NCBI GenBank assembly: GCA_051294905.1
Contig: CM119371.1
Span: 14,820,001 to 14,884,000 of the forward strand
Direction: 5' to 3'
Source of the DNA: Botryllus schlosseri
Lineage: Eukaryota
Length of the DNA stretch: 64,000 bases
The notes under the pieces are model-generated. The model saw nothing but the letters and a program-made list of their open reading frames with translations. It was not told where the DNA came from and searched no databases. Shown piece by piece: positions 11,406 through 23,234 of this stretch. Each line of letters begins with the position of its first letter. Position 1 is the first letter of the stretch. The position numbers and the translations under genes are program-made.

Positions 11406-11909
11406 GTATAGATCACTGATTCTTCAATTGAATGCCGTGCCTCTCCAAGGAGAACGGTACATATTCGAACATGAACTATATCCTCTTTGTAAATAATATT
11501 TCTATGAGTATTATTGAGCATTGAATAAGTTTTAGTTGCTGAAACTTAAAACTGATTTTTGTGGATTTGAAATGATATCGTGTATCATTCGATCTAATTG
11601 CATATCTACTAAATTACATCTCATTTGTGTGAGAAAATTGGTGTTTTTCAGGTCATACATTTAAAAGTACAGTTTAAATTGTTAGAATAACAGAAATGAA
11701 GCAGTTTCGAGTAATACATGGATAATTGGATATGTTACATTGTAATCGAGTCTTACATCTAACCCTTATCCAACCTCTCTAAACCTATCCTCATCAAAAC
11801 GGTTAATCTGTTAACCTAACCCTGAAATTGTACGGAATGCAATACTGTATTTTTGTCACGTTTTTGCAGCATAAGTAGTTGTATGTGTCTATCTGATCTT
11901 CTATGAAAA

Positions 11910-13490
11910 ATGGCTCCAAAGGAATGTTGCTTGCATCCACGATCGATGCTCGATTCCATGAACGCATTGAAAGACGAAGAAGAGTTTTGCGATATCACGA
12001 TTGAGATTGGTCAAGATGAAATCAAGGTTCATAAATTTGTATTGATTACCGCGTCGAAATATTTCCTAGCCATGTTTTCGAATGATACAAAAGAGTCAAA
12101 GACTGGGATTGTTTCATTTCCTGATACTCCTGGGGATGTTGTGAAACAATGCATCAACTTCATCTATACTGGGAAAGTTGATTTTTCTTTGGATCACATC
12201 ACTGATTTCATTAAAGCATCGGATATACTTTGCCTCCATAATTTGACGGATCTCTACGTTGAATTTCTTTCTGAGAATGTAACCATTGGAAATGTAGATG
12301 AGATGCTCTCAGTGGCTCGAGTTTATCAGAAGGAAGTTTTGGAATCCTCCATTAAAATCTTTTTCCGAGGCAATCTCCAAGCGTTCATTGAGTCACCAGA
12401 GATACAGTCATTACCACAAGATGAGTTCATTTATGCGCTGTCTCTTATGGAAAACTGGGGTAAAGAATATCAAATGCTGAAATGGGATGCCGTTGTTACC
12501 TGGGTCAAACATCATATGGATGCAAGAAAAGATGCCTTTGATGATTGTTTCCAATCAATTGATCTATCATTTCTTCCCCAACAATTTATTTCAGAAAATG
12601 TTATTTGTGAAGATTTGGTGGTTAATTCCAAAGAATGTTTGCTTAAATTGTCACGCCAGGCTTATATGGTGGAAAAATGTCCGAAATTTATGACTGTTCC
12701 CACTGAACCAATAACGGGCATCGTATCCTGTGACAAAGAAGCAGGAGTAGTGTATAGGTACAGCCTATTTGAAGAGAAATGGTCGGTCTTTTCTCAACTC
12801 CCTATCGGCATGACAACAAAGTGGCTTGATGTAGTTGAGTATAGAGGACTCATTTATGTCACAACGGGGAATGCAATATATAGTTTTTCTGGACTGGCAT
12901 GGAAAAAGTTGTACGAGAGTGACTCTGATGAAGAATATAACAGATGTATAGGATGTGGAAAGTATTTTGTGATAGTTATAGCAAAATGTGCAGTCATACA
13001 CGAGATTGGCACTGACCAGTCATCATCAATTCAAATCAAAAGGCAAGAAGAACCGTTCGATTCCTTTGCCATCACAAGTGCCAAAGAGTGCATTTATGTC
13101 ATTGATGTTAGAAGCAAATATTGCAAAACACCTGCTTACAAGATCAATTTGAAAACCATGCAGTCTGCAGAGATTGCACGCGTACCAGTGCAAACTAGAA
13201 AAGAAGCTGTCTTTGAGTACAAGGGATTTGTGTATGTCATTAGCCACACTCCAAATGAGGTTGTATTCTACAACGATGTAACAAAGCAATGGAAATTTAT
13301 TCCAGATCCCACATGCAAGTACATCAGTGGATGCAAAGTTCAAAGTGCGGACAAGTTATATATGTACGGAGGAGAGTTAGGAACTAAAATAAAAATTTTA
13401 GATACAAAAAATCTGGTGGTATCTGAAACTGACAAGCAACATCCCCCCACAAAGAATGTGGATTTGGATGTATCTTGCTTGACGTTTTGA
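11910..13490 (+). CDS. Kelch-like protein (BTB/POZ-BACK plus degenerate kelch beta-propeller), single coding exon, 526 aa
   Basis: EEEFCDITIEIGQDEIKVHKFVLITASKYFLAMFSNDTKES...FIYTG (BTB); AVVTWVKHHMDAR (BACK); C-terminal repeats such as YRYSLFEEKW, FYNDVTKQW and LYMYGG. Confidence 0.92.
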   Translation: MAPKECCLHPRSMLDSMNALKDEEEFCDITIEIGQDEIKVHKFVLITASKYFLAMFSNDTKESKTGIVSFPDTPGDVVKQCINFIYTGKVDFSLDHITDFIKASDILCLHNLTDLYVEFLSENVTIGNVDEMLSVARVYQKEVLESSIKIFFRGNLQAFIESPEIQSLPQDEFIYALSLMENWGKEYQMLKWDAVVTWVKHHMDARKDAFDDCFQSIDLSFLPQQFISENVICEDLVVNSKECLLKLSRQAYMVEKCPKFMTVPTEPITGIVSCDKEAGVVYRYSLFEEKWSVFSQLPIGMTTKWLDVVEYRGLIYVTTGNAIYSFSGLAWKKLYESDSDEEYNRCIGCGKYFVIVIAKCAVIHEIGTDQSSSIQIKRQEEPFDSFAITSAKECIYVIDVRSKYCKTPAYKINLKTMQSAEIARVPVQTRKEAVFEYKGFVYVISHTPNEVVFYNDVTKQWKFIPDPTCKYISGCKVQSADKLYMYGGELGTKIKILDTKNLVVSETDKQHPPTKNVDLDVSCLTF

Positions 13491-13974
13491 AATGATGAGT
13501 ACTTCAAACCTGCCATGCTCCCTATGGCGATTGTTATCGAACAGTCAATCGCGAAGGCCTTATCGGGAGAATATGCGACCATAAAATTTTGTTGTTGTCC
13601 TCTGCATGCTCCATCCTACATGTTACTATTTCAATACTATTTTTTTGTTTGAATTTTGTGAAATGGAGTTCAGTTGCCATCAGTCTGAAAGAACTGCAGA
13701 TAAGTTTGACTTCTATCACATAAAATACGATATTTGGAGGATCATATCATTTTTTCAAACCGTCATTTTATTGGCCATTTATAGTGAGGAATTGTTTTTC
13801 CATCAATGCTGGATTCTATCATCGTTCCTACTTATACTTGAGTAGCATCTAAGACCGTTCTTGCTATCGTTGCAAAATTACTGCCATCGTTAGACCAGTA
13901 CGAACTTTCTGTTACGCGATTGTCAAATTTATTCACCCGCAATCAAATTTGAAGGTCTCGTAATGCATTGCATT

Positions 13975-14460
13975 GGGGCTGATCCTGATCGAGTAATATC
14001 ATCCCTCGGGCAAGTTTTTGCAACTTTTTTTTACAAATTCTGGCAGCTTTCTAAATACTCAGAAGTTATGTTGTATGGTGTTTTAAGCTGTTTAGAGGAA
14101 TCTTATATTGCAACTTTTCTCCATTTTTTCATGCTACTATTTGCAACTTTTTCGATTTTTCATGCAACCGACTTTTTACTTGAAACATTTAGCGCTATAT
14201 GTAAATAGATCGCTTGATTTTCTCACTACCGTTTAAATTTGAGGTACATTCAGGTTAGACCTCTGGGTAAATTCTTTCAGGCTATTGATTTTGTGTAAGT
14301 CGCCAACACTGAGTTTTTCTACAGTGCCTTGGATACGGCTCGGTTCGAGTATCTCACACCGTAATAATTTCAAGAAACTTGTCCATAAATGCAACGTTTT
14401 AGTGCAACGTTTGTGAAAAATCAGTTTCTCGGATTTGACTGCAAAAAAACTTGCCCTAAT
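13975..14460. repeat. Dispersed repeat (GCAACTTTT-rich); further copies at ~44080-44590 (inverted) and ~62660-63170
   Basis: Shared blocks such as AAATACTCAGAAGTTATG...TTTTAAGCTGTTT...TTGCAACTTTT and TATATGTAAATAGATCGCTTGATT. Boundaries are approximate. Confidence 0.75.
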
Positions 14461-15473
14461 CATGACTTTTGATAGATTCCGTTTACTTGTATTTGAGTGC
14501 TTGCTTTACTTTCTAATCAGGCGAATAAATATCTTTTAAGATTCAGATATCTAGCCTTCAAAAAGAGTGTGGTATAGCTACAGGAGGCAATATGACTGCG
14601 GGCGCTGTTAGGTCAGAACGGATGACCTATTACTGCATTATATCGCTACGAGATAGTTATGTTCGCTTCATCATCCAAAGCGCTTATTTAGATTTGGGAC
14701 GGTCATTATGGGCCAACGTTTTTCGCTGTGTCCAACATAACGCCTCGTTACAAGCCTAGATTTTAACGGCATTGCCGGCACGCTGCCCAAAAACCACAAT
14801 GGGGGTGGCTATGTCTGTAATTCGTCTTTGTAAACGTGAACATCACCTCCAAAGGAGTTCATTTCTCGGTTTTGATTAAGAATACACTGAAGATTTGAAA
14901 ATTGTTTTGCCACACAGGCACCGCCAAAGGCTCTGCGAATAATAATCAACGTATTGTGAAAAACTTAAATCGCATTCAAATCACGCGAAAGGTCGAGTAA
15001 AGTGAATTAGTGCAGAATATTCATTGCCTGCATGACATCAATTTTGATTTGTCAAATATACAAACTCCACCTCGAGCCCGATTAAGATTATTGATTATTT
15101 GCTATTGACTAGAATTATTGTGTGTATAATTTGAAAATTTCGAAGAAATCTCTGCCGTACCGTAAATGGCACAATGGTATGCCGCGGCACACCGGTTGAG
15201 AACCACTCTAGTCATATGTTACAACAAGGGTCGGCAACCTACGGCCCGCGGGCCGGATCCGGCCCGCCAAGCGAAATCGTCCGGCCCGCGACATAATAAT
15301 TAGTTATCACAAGAATACGGCCCGCCGTTTCATAATGAGTTTCAATCTGCAGTGCAGCACTGCATGAAAAAAATGTGGCATTGCTACGATATAATAGTAG
15401 CCTACATCGTATTAGTCTATTGTTACGCCATAAAACGAAGGTGGTTGAAGTCGGAGATGGAGATAGACTAGAG

Positions 15474-16654
15474 CAGGGGTGGGCAAACTACGGCCCGCGG
15501 GCCGCATGCGGCCCGCAACACCGTTTTGTGCGGCCCGCGAGAGTCTAAAGAAACTTATTAAAAATATTAATAAAATGCGTACTAAATACAGAATTCATGC
15601 AGGGACTTATTAAACTTTTTCTTAGTATATTTCACCATAATAATTCTAAGGCAGTGGTTCTCAAACTTGGGGGCGTGCCCCCTTGAGGGCGTCCCCCCTT
15701 GAGGGCGTGCCCCCTTGAGGGCGTGAAAGCATCTGAATGGGGGCGAAGCTGAGCTCAACTGAAAAAATTTTTCGCGCTCGGCGCGATTTACCCCCAATTC
15801 CTGATGATTATTGCTCTGTAATTAGTCTGAATTTCATATCTAAAAATCTCTCACCCACAGTCGTAACCTTCCATGCCATCAAATTATCCGTTAGGTTTTC
15901 TAGCATACTGGTTGCGTTATGTGATATGACGATAAGGGGGCGCCAAATCGTTCACCATCACAAGAGGGGCGTGTCTTAAAAAGTTCGAGAACCACTGTTC
16001 TAAGGTAAATATTTCCTATATTAGTTTTATGTTTAATTTCTGTCGCGACCATCTCAAGGCCCACAGAGTTTGAAAGGTTTCAATTGCTAAAAATCACAGA
16101 AATCCTAAACGAGATTGATATAATTCTGATCACGAGTGTGATTTCAGATTGGCCACTCCAGTTTTGACTATTTTAGTGATGAGCTTGTATATTCGTTCTA
16201 TGCGTAGACTTAGGGTGTTTATATTTTATCTGCAAATAGTAGAAGCGTGTTTGAATCTAACATATGGTTATGATGCTGTCAGCATTGTGTGTCCTGGAAC
16301 TGAACCAAAAGTGGAATTAGTAAATCTATGAACAGATCGCTGCTAGCAGATTTAAATTTCAATCCTGTTCTAAGAAACGGGAAAACCGACTTTCATCTCT
16401 ATAGTTTTGACAAATTGGTCATTGAGGTCGATCAGCCTATGAAATCTCGCCACTGTTTTTGACGCGTGTATGATATCATCAAAGCAATGTTTGGTTTGTT
16501 TTAAATAAGCATATATATTATCTCCATGTCCTGACTATATATTCCAATACAAATTTTGCGTTATGGTTTATAATCCCAATTTTATATAGTGCGGCCCGCG
16601 AACGGATTCAGATGTTGAATGCGGCCCGCGAGCTCAAAAGTTTGCCCACCCCTG
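15474..16654. mobile_element. hAT MITE nested in 15225-18004
   Basis: TIRs CAGGGGTGGGCAAACT ... AGTTTGCCCACCCCTG; perfect TSD GACTAGAG (15466-15473, 16655-16662). Confidence 0.93.
15652..15997. mobile_element. hAT MITE nested in 15474-16654 (innermost layer)
   Basis: TIRs CAGTGGTTCTCAAACTT ... AAGTTCGAGAACCACTG; perfect TSD TTCTAAGG (15644-15651, 15998-16005); internal 16-bp tandem GGGCGTGCCCCCTTGA x3. Confidence 0.93.
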
Positions 16655-16874
16655 GACTAGAGACTGGATCAGTGCTTATCAATCGGGTGTATCTCGCAAC
16701 CGAAGGTGTTCCATGCTTTTTTTTAAAGGGTTTACCACTCTAACGGGGTGTGACAATAAAGGTGTTCTTCCTTTGCTTCAAAAACGCTTGGAACATCTCA
16801 GACGCAATGACGGAATCTCAAACTGTTCAATTATAGATAACTAGCCTCCGTATGTTAGTTAGCCTATCTATAGT

Positions 16875-17810
16875 TTGATTTTCCAGAAGGCATTGTGTGC
16901 CAAGACAAAAAACCTGAATAGTGTTTTGGCCACAATGGTGAAAACTGTTGATATGATTTTTGTCTCAATAACTGAATCAGTTACGCCAGATATTACTATA
17001 GAAGCAGAGAATCAATATGGCGATGTCATGCAGGCCTATATCTGTCATGTTCGCTCATTGAGACGAGCAGCTATGCCTACACGAGTGTATGAACTGAGAA
17101 ATGAAATAGCAACTTTCCTCGAAAACACAAATATCGCCGACTCATAATCTTGTAATCGAAAATGGGTATTTCATCTTGCTTTCCTGGTACATTTAACGTC
17201 ACATCTGAACAAATTGAATTTGCAACTCCAGTGGGAAAACAACTAAATACATGAGATGTTGAGGCACATTCAAAACAAATCTGTGACTCTGGAAATGTCA
17301 ACGGTACAAAGAAAATTATGCTCACTTTCCTATACTGGAGGAGAGAAAACCTAGTACCAACACTACATTTGTAACTGTGATACGAAATTTAACTACTGTA
17401 TATTCACCCGCTTTTCCGACATTCCTTCTCTACAAAATGAATTCTGACTATTTTGTACTCTGTTTAATGCGGACGCCAATACCATTGCCTGAAAATTTCA
17501 AATGGGCCTTTCTGAAATGCGATGCAGTTGAATTGAATGACAAATTTCATACAAAGAGCATATCGCTTCATGACTTTGACAAAGAGTACGTTCTTGAAAT
17601 TGGTCTTTATCCCAGCTTTACCAGCAATGCAAAAGAAATTGCATCGATTTTTGGAAGCATGTACGCATGTGAACAACAGTTGTGAACAATGAAATTCACG
17701 AACAGCAAGCTAAGATCACGTATTTCTGACGTCCATTTTGAATAGGGTCTGATTCTTGTTTCATCTGACTTGTTACCAGAAGTTGAAAACCTTTCACAAA
17801 GCAAGCTGCG
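16875..17810 (+). pseudogene. Decayed hAT transposase (SPIN/GTF2IRD2/EPM2AIP1-like)
   Basis: Fragments QKALCAKTKNLNSVLATMVKTVDMI, YGDVM...HVRSLRRAAMPTRVYELRNEIATFL and SIFGSMYACEQ resemble the conserved HQEALC, YGDL..HxxVRWLSRG and FGSTYxCEQ motifs; multiple stops and frameshifts. Confidence 0.8.
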
Positions 17811-18591
17811 TCAATTGTCACAATTATTCTGTGTTGTTGAAGTGTAAATACATGTGTCTTCTGATTGGTATGATTGAGATTGCAGCAATGTAGGATAATA
17901 TACCGAAGTGAGCGTGAAATATAGTACTAAGAAAAATTTCGGCCCGCCAAAAAGTTGTACACCCGAAATTTGGCCCGCGACTAGCAAAATGTTGCCGACC
18001 CCTGTGTTACAATGAAGCCGGGCAGTTGTCGCATTATTTTGTGTCTGCTTCTACTTCGTTTTTTGGCCTGTTTCTTGAAGTCGATCAGCTATATAAATTT
18101 TATATTGCTGGAATTTTTTCGCCGAGTTCTCTTTCCTGTCGTGACTCTAGCGGTCCAGTCAAGCTGTATAGCCTGGTAGGGAATGGCAGTCTTGTCATGA
18201 AACTTTGTCGAGCAAATGGCACAGTGAAGAAACCTCGCCAGCAATTTGTAGCGAAGACGCGGAGCCACGACACCGTATGAATTTATTTATTCAGATGCGT
18301 GCTATGGGGATAGTTAGAATTAGCTGCAGCTCCATCAAGGCGTGTTTCTGAAGAAAATGACTGCTGCCAAATTTCTTTCCGATTTTATCTTTATGATTTG
18401 AGGCCACATCGTAATTATTTAGAGCGCAGTCCCATTTAATATGTACATTGTACAAGTATCAGTTATCAACATCCCACGTTAGTAATGCTAACCGGTTCTC
18501 CGGTTTCTTGAAAGTTTGTCAGGTGGATCTAACTGACTGAATTCAACCACTGGATAGTGGAAATAGCATCCCAACGAACGCAATGTAAGTA

Positions 18592-19218
18592 CAGTCATCT
18601 CCCGGTTAAGTACGCAACTTGATCCTGAGTAGTTTGTGCGAACTTATGTGGTAGGGCGAACTTAGCAGTAAAACAGCCACCTAGGCTACGCAATGCACAA
18701 ATTTTGCATTTATTACGTAATTCACGATGCGTTGCTCGTGTGTGGTTTTCTATGCCATTCTTTTCTGCTAGTGTACAGTACACCACAAGTATGTTGGGTA
18801 CAATTTTCTCGTTCGCATGATGCCAGGTAAAGGTAAGCGTAGCGTTAAAGTGAATCCCAAACATTGAAAGTCATCGCCAAGTTGTGTGTGCCGTCCTCTC
18901 CGAGTAAAGGAAGTATGGCAAGAGAGTATGGCATGAGTGAAGCTGCTATCCGAAAGATTTTGAAAAACCGGGAGTTATTCGAAAGCGTTCTGCTTTGATG
19001 TCTGAAGCGACAAAAAGTTTCGAGCATCCGTTAGTCGGTTTCCTGAGCCGAAAGATATTCTATGACTTTGAATTGATAGCATGCGCCGTGCAAGTCTTCC
19101 CGTTTCCTTGAAATGAATGAATTGTTGAAAAAGTTGAACCGGTAATTTGTGAAGAATTTTTGCGTACTTATCTGGGATGCGAACTTAAACGGGTGCGTAC
19201 TTAACCGGGAGTTAACTG
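18592..19218 (+). mobile_element. Tigger/pogo-like (Tc1-mariner superfamily) internally deleted element
   Basis: TIRs CAGTCATCTCCCGGTTAAGTACGCA ... TGCGTACTTAACCGGGAGTTAACTG with TA TSD. Internal SKGSMAREYGMSEAAIRKILKNRE (CENP-B/psq-type HTH) at ~18900-18975. The empty site is visible in the paralogous sequence at ~30440-30470. Confidence 0.88.
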
Positions 19219-19994
19219 TACTGGTATATCGACAATGATTGTAACCTATCAGTATATTGTATGTTCCAGTTAACCCAGGGGCCACCAACACGCAGCCCGC
19301 TGGCCGCATGCACACGCGGCCCGCTGACCTACTCTTCGCTATATTGAGTTTGTCAAGTAAACGTAGTACTACCAATGAGAGAGAAAGACCAAGAGAGAGA
19401 GAGAGAGACGGTTTTATTGAGTAGAATTGCATTCAAAAATAAAATACAAGCAGCAGCGTTACGATCCATAGGGACGGGGACTCCCGCGGATCATTCAGCA
19501 AGTTGCATTGATGGAGTACAAAAGCGTCTTTCAAGTCGAGGCTCGCGTTACAAATAAATTATAACAGGTAGAGCCATAGTAGGTTGAAAGATGGGGAAAT
19601 TCAGGGTCTGTTTTCGCGGAGAGTCCAGAATTTTCGTCATGCTTCACGCAAAATATATATTGAGTGACAACTGCCGCACTTCAAACCCCATAATTGGGGG
19701 GACGAGTCGAAGGGGGGTGAAATTATTTCACAAATCAACGTAGAGTATTTTGTGGGAGATTTCGTACCACTTCCAAATTTCTTTCGCGCCTCGCGCGATT
19801 TAATGTAATTAAATGTCTACTTTTTTATATGGGTATCCACGATGCACCAAGAAAAAACACGCATCATTTATATAAAAAAGTAAGCATAATAGCGCCAGTA
19901 ACGACCTCATCCCGTCACACCAAGACTTTTGTAGTTTCGGCCAACACGCCACATCGCGAAGTGCGTTAACAAATAAAACCTTAGCCGAAAATTA

Positions 19995-20450
19995 GGGGAC
20001 ACCGGGGACAATTGTAACACATTTTGTATTTTCCATCATTATCTGTTTTTCTCATGGAAATTTCATTTCCAAAGTTTTATATAAAGAAGTCAACAACTCG
20101 AAAGTTGATATAAAAACTAAAATGGATTAAATCCACAATCAATCATCGCAATTTTTAGTCACTCAGGGGCAATTGTACCACCCACGCGGGCAATTATAAC
20201 CGTTTTATTTATAACTAAAAACAAACAAAAAATGAACAACGAAAATGGGAGCAGAAATTATCGCATTAAGCTAAAGAAATAGAAGTTTGAACGCCTCCAG
20301 GCTACGCCCCATCGCATTTTTCGCATATGAATACAGTATCAGCCTTCTTCATGAGCTCAAAGTGTACAAGAAACACATTCTTTCCATAATCTCCCTTCAT
20401 TTATTTGGCCTCGTTTACCAAGGTGCGGTTGTTCATCGTGTATAATGGAT
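19995..20450 (-). mobile_element. pogo/Fot1-like transposon end with remnant of a C-terminal PHD-like Cys cluster
   Basis: TA followed by terminus GGGGACACCGGGGACAATTGTAACAC, with internal GGGGCAATTGTACC repeats. Minus strand ~20305-20400 reads GRLWKECVSCTLxAHEE/ADTVFICEKCD across a frameshift. The other end was not located. Confidence 0.55.
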
Positions 20451-20695
20451 TGGGCATTCGCTCACCTGCGAAGGTGCGAAACCGCGACCTGGCTAAAATA
20501 TCTTGGTTAATGGGCCGATGATAGTGTAGCAAAACGAGGACATAGCATTGTGTGGCGTAAAAGCTAATGGCATTCTTCTGTTCTGTACAAAATTACACCA
20601 AATACCGTACACCAAATCCCAAAATGTAAGTGGACCATGCTCAAAGTCAGGGGATGAGGATTCAGGCATGGTCAAGTTCCTAAGTGAACATTGAT

Positions 20696-21028
20696 TAGGG
20701 TTACCATACGTCCTACTTTAGGATGATTTCTCCTCCATTTTTAGGCTTTTGAAAATGTCCTTCGAACGCCTAAATGTTCTCCTTTTCGGCAATTCGTCCT
20801 CCTTTACTGCTTCAGAGCTAAGATAGTGATTAGATTCTAATGAAAATCGGCATAAATGACGCTAAATAGGAAACTCGTGGTTCGAACGAGACTGACGACC
20901 TTTTTTAGTCAACCAACCGCAATGTCGTGAAAAATTTACCATTTTCTCCGGAGTTTACTCCAGTATTCTGAGTCTGAAAATTTTGAAAAAGGGTCCTAAT
21001 TTCCAGATTCCAAAATATTGTCACTCTA
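20696..21028. mobile_element. hAT-type MITE (TAGGGTTACCA terminus)
   Basis: TAGGGTTACCATA ... TATTGTCACTCTA imperfect TIRs; flanks ACATTGAT/CCATTGAA (6/8). Confidence 0.6.
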
Positions 21029-21767
21029 CCATTGAAGGTCGACACACCAAAAGTCGATCAATATTGGGTGGTATAATCACGGAAATAACCGAACCCTAGG
21101 ATTCACATCACCACTTCTGTATGGACGTTCCGACAGATGGTCATATAAGAATTGGTATGGCAAGGTAGCAAGGTATAGTTAAATGGGCTTTGAACTTCAC
21201 TGCTAGGCGAGAAGTATCAAGTATGAGCATCAGACAAAGATATGAAATTTTGCACTCGTCAAATAAAAAAATGACGATTTCCACATCGACGCTTTGAGCA
21301 TCAACGGCTGATAGCTGATATGAATCAAAACTGAGCTATGGTTTGCAGTTACTCGTAACGGCAGCACCCAATATATGTATTAGTAGGTTGTATGCAATAG
21401 GCTTACGTATGTTCGTTTACACTACGAGCAGGGAGTAGAGTTATATCCTGACTACGAGTAGCATTATTCATTGTAGCAGAATTGCATGTTCTCTTCATCT
21501 TATCCTCATATGGTCGTACTTGAAAGTTGCGCAAATCTGCAAAACTTCGCGGAACCCATAATTTTCACAAAGATTCAAAACAAAAATAATAGAGCGATGA
21601 TCTTTTGCTTCTGACTTTTAGATTTAATTCAGATCTTGGGGACTTTAAATATGTGCGCATTCCGCCCAAAACTATGGCGCCCACTAGCGGATCATTATTT
21701 CGCAATGACACGACATTTGAATGTACCGCCATAGCCTGCCGCTTATACATCCCGTATGTGTGGGTTT

Positions 21768-22170
21768 GTGCGGAGCATGGACCGCAGCCGGATTGGATAT
21801 CCGGCCAGGCTTTTTCATTTTTTGCCGGAGCCGGATCAGTACCTTTTCTGATGCGGCCGGAGTCAGATCAGTACTTTTTTGGTACGGTCAGAATCTTTGT
21901 TGATAAGCATGAGATTTGAAACTAAATAACTACCAAGTTGGTAGTACCAACCCCACACAAGTAGCCGCCAAGCCAGTGCGAAAATAAACCAGCCATATTT
22001 ATAAATCCATGGTACCACCGTACCGTCATGTAGGGCGGAGCATGAACCGGAGCCGGATTGGATATCCAGCCGGACTTTTTCATTTTTGGCCGGAGCCGGA
22101 TCAGTGCTTTTACTGATACGGCCGGAGTGGATCGGAGCCGGACCAGAGAATTGAAAAACAGGATTGGAGT
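21768..22170. repeat. Two head-to-tail left ends of a CCGGA-rich MITE family
   Basis: GCGGAGCATG(G/A)ACCG(C/G)AGCCGGATTGGATATCC...TTTTCATTTTT...CCGGAGCCGGATCAGT at ~21770 and ~22035; the second copy begins TAGGGCGGAGC. Confidence 0.6.
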
Positions 22171-23234
22171 TCGAAATCAATGCAACTTTTTCAAAAAGAT
22201 TTCGCTCTATGCGCGATTTTTTAATGCCAAATGTCTTGATTATTGGGTACCCTTCCCCCAACAAAAATACGCATGATTTATATAGAAATGGAGACTTTGG
22301 CGTCGGCCATTACTGCACCACGACGCACCAATACATATGAAGTTATAGCTCAGGCCATGTAACATGTGACTCCGAGAAGTGTGTCAGAACGCGATCAGCA
22401 ACGAGAAAACCTTGGCCGAAAATGAATGCCCTTGTGCTGACCGAAAACGTCGATATATAGGCATATATGTTAAATTGTCCAGACACCTAGATGGCTGATG
22501 CCGAATGTTCCTGTCCCGGCGATATGAACCTTAAAGGACAAATGCCATCCCGCATGGGGAAATGATTTACTAGTAAAGATACATACCAATTTGAAATCCT
22601 GTGCGTCTTTCAGTTTAGTACGTTTTAGCGATTTCCATATCTTTTGACATAGTAGATATAGGGGGCACGAAATAGCATCATGTATAACGAAGTCAATATA
22701 CCAACGGATCCGTCCGAAGATGTTTAATTATTATTTAGGGGTTTTCCCTTTTTCAACCGACGTCACTCGACTCTACCGGTAAATCTGATTACTTGAGCAC
22801 AGAGAGAAAGAATTGTGACTTTTCTATTTGCTGTTATGGTCTCTATTAAACTGCCAGGTGTCGTTTAATTGTATCGTCAGAGTTTGGCGAAGTTTGTTTA
22901 TTAAGTCTCCGCCACTATTTCACAATATATAACTTATTGTCCGCGACGAGCTGTAGGTTACTTTTAAACAATTTCTAACAGCACTTTTCCCATTATGACA
23001 AACATCCAAAGTAGACCATGAACTCTCTACTTCGACACGATGCAGAAAATACGATCCAAATTCATAAATCTATTTGAAATCTGATGTTTTAAATCACTAA
23101 TGGACAAGCATTAAACTCTTTACATTTTGGAATTGAGATATCGAATTTCAATATAGTTGGCGGATCGGCACCGGCCCGCCGATCGACGGTTGAGAACCAC
23201 TGGTATAGAGACACGCTAATCGAGTGCATTATTT

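Larger units (their letters stand above)
15225..18004 (+). mobile_element. hAT (Buster/SPIN/Charlie-like) transposon with decayed transposase; outer layer of a 3-level nest
   Basis: TIRs CAAGGGTCGGCAAC ... GTTGCCGACCCCTG; perfect 8-bp TSD TGTTACAA (15217-15224, 18005-18012); GGCCCG subterminal motifs. Confidence 0.92.
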
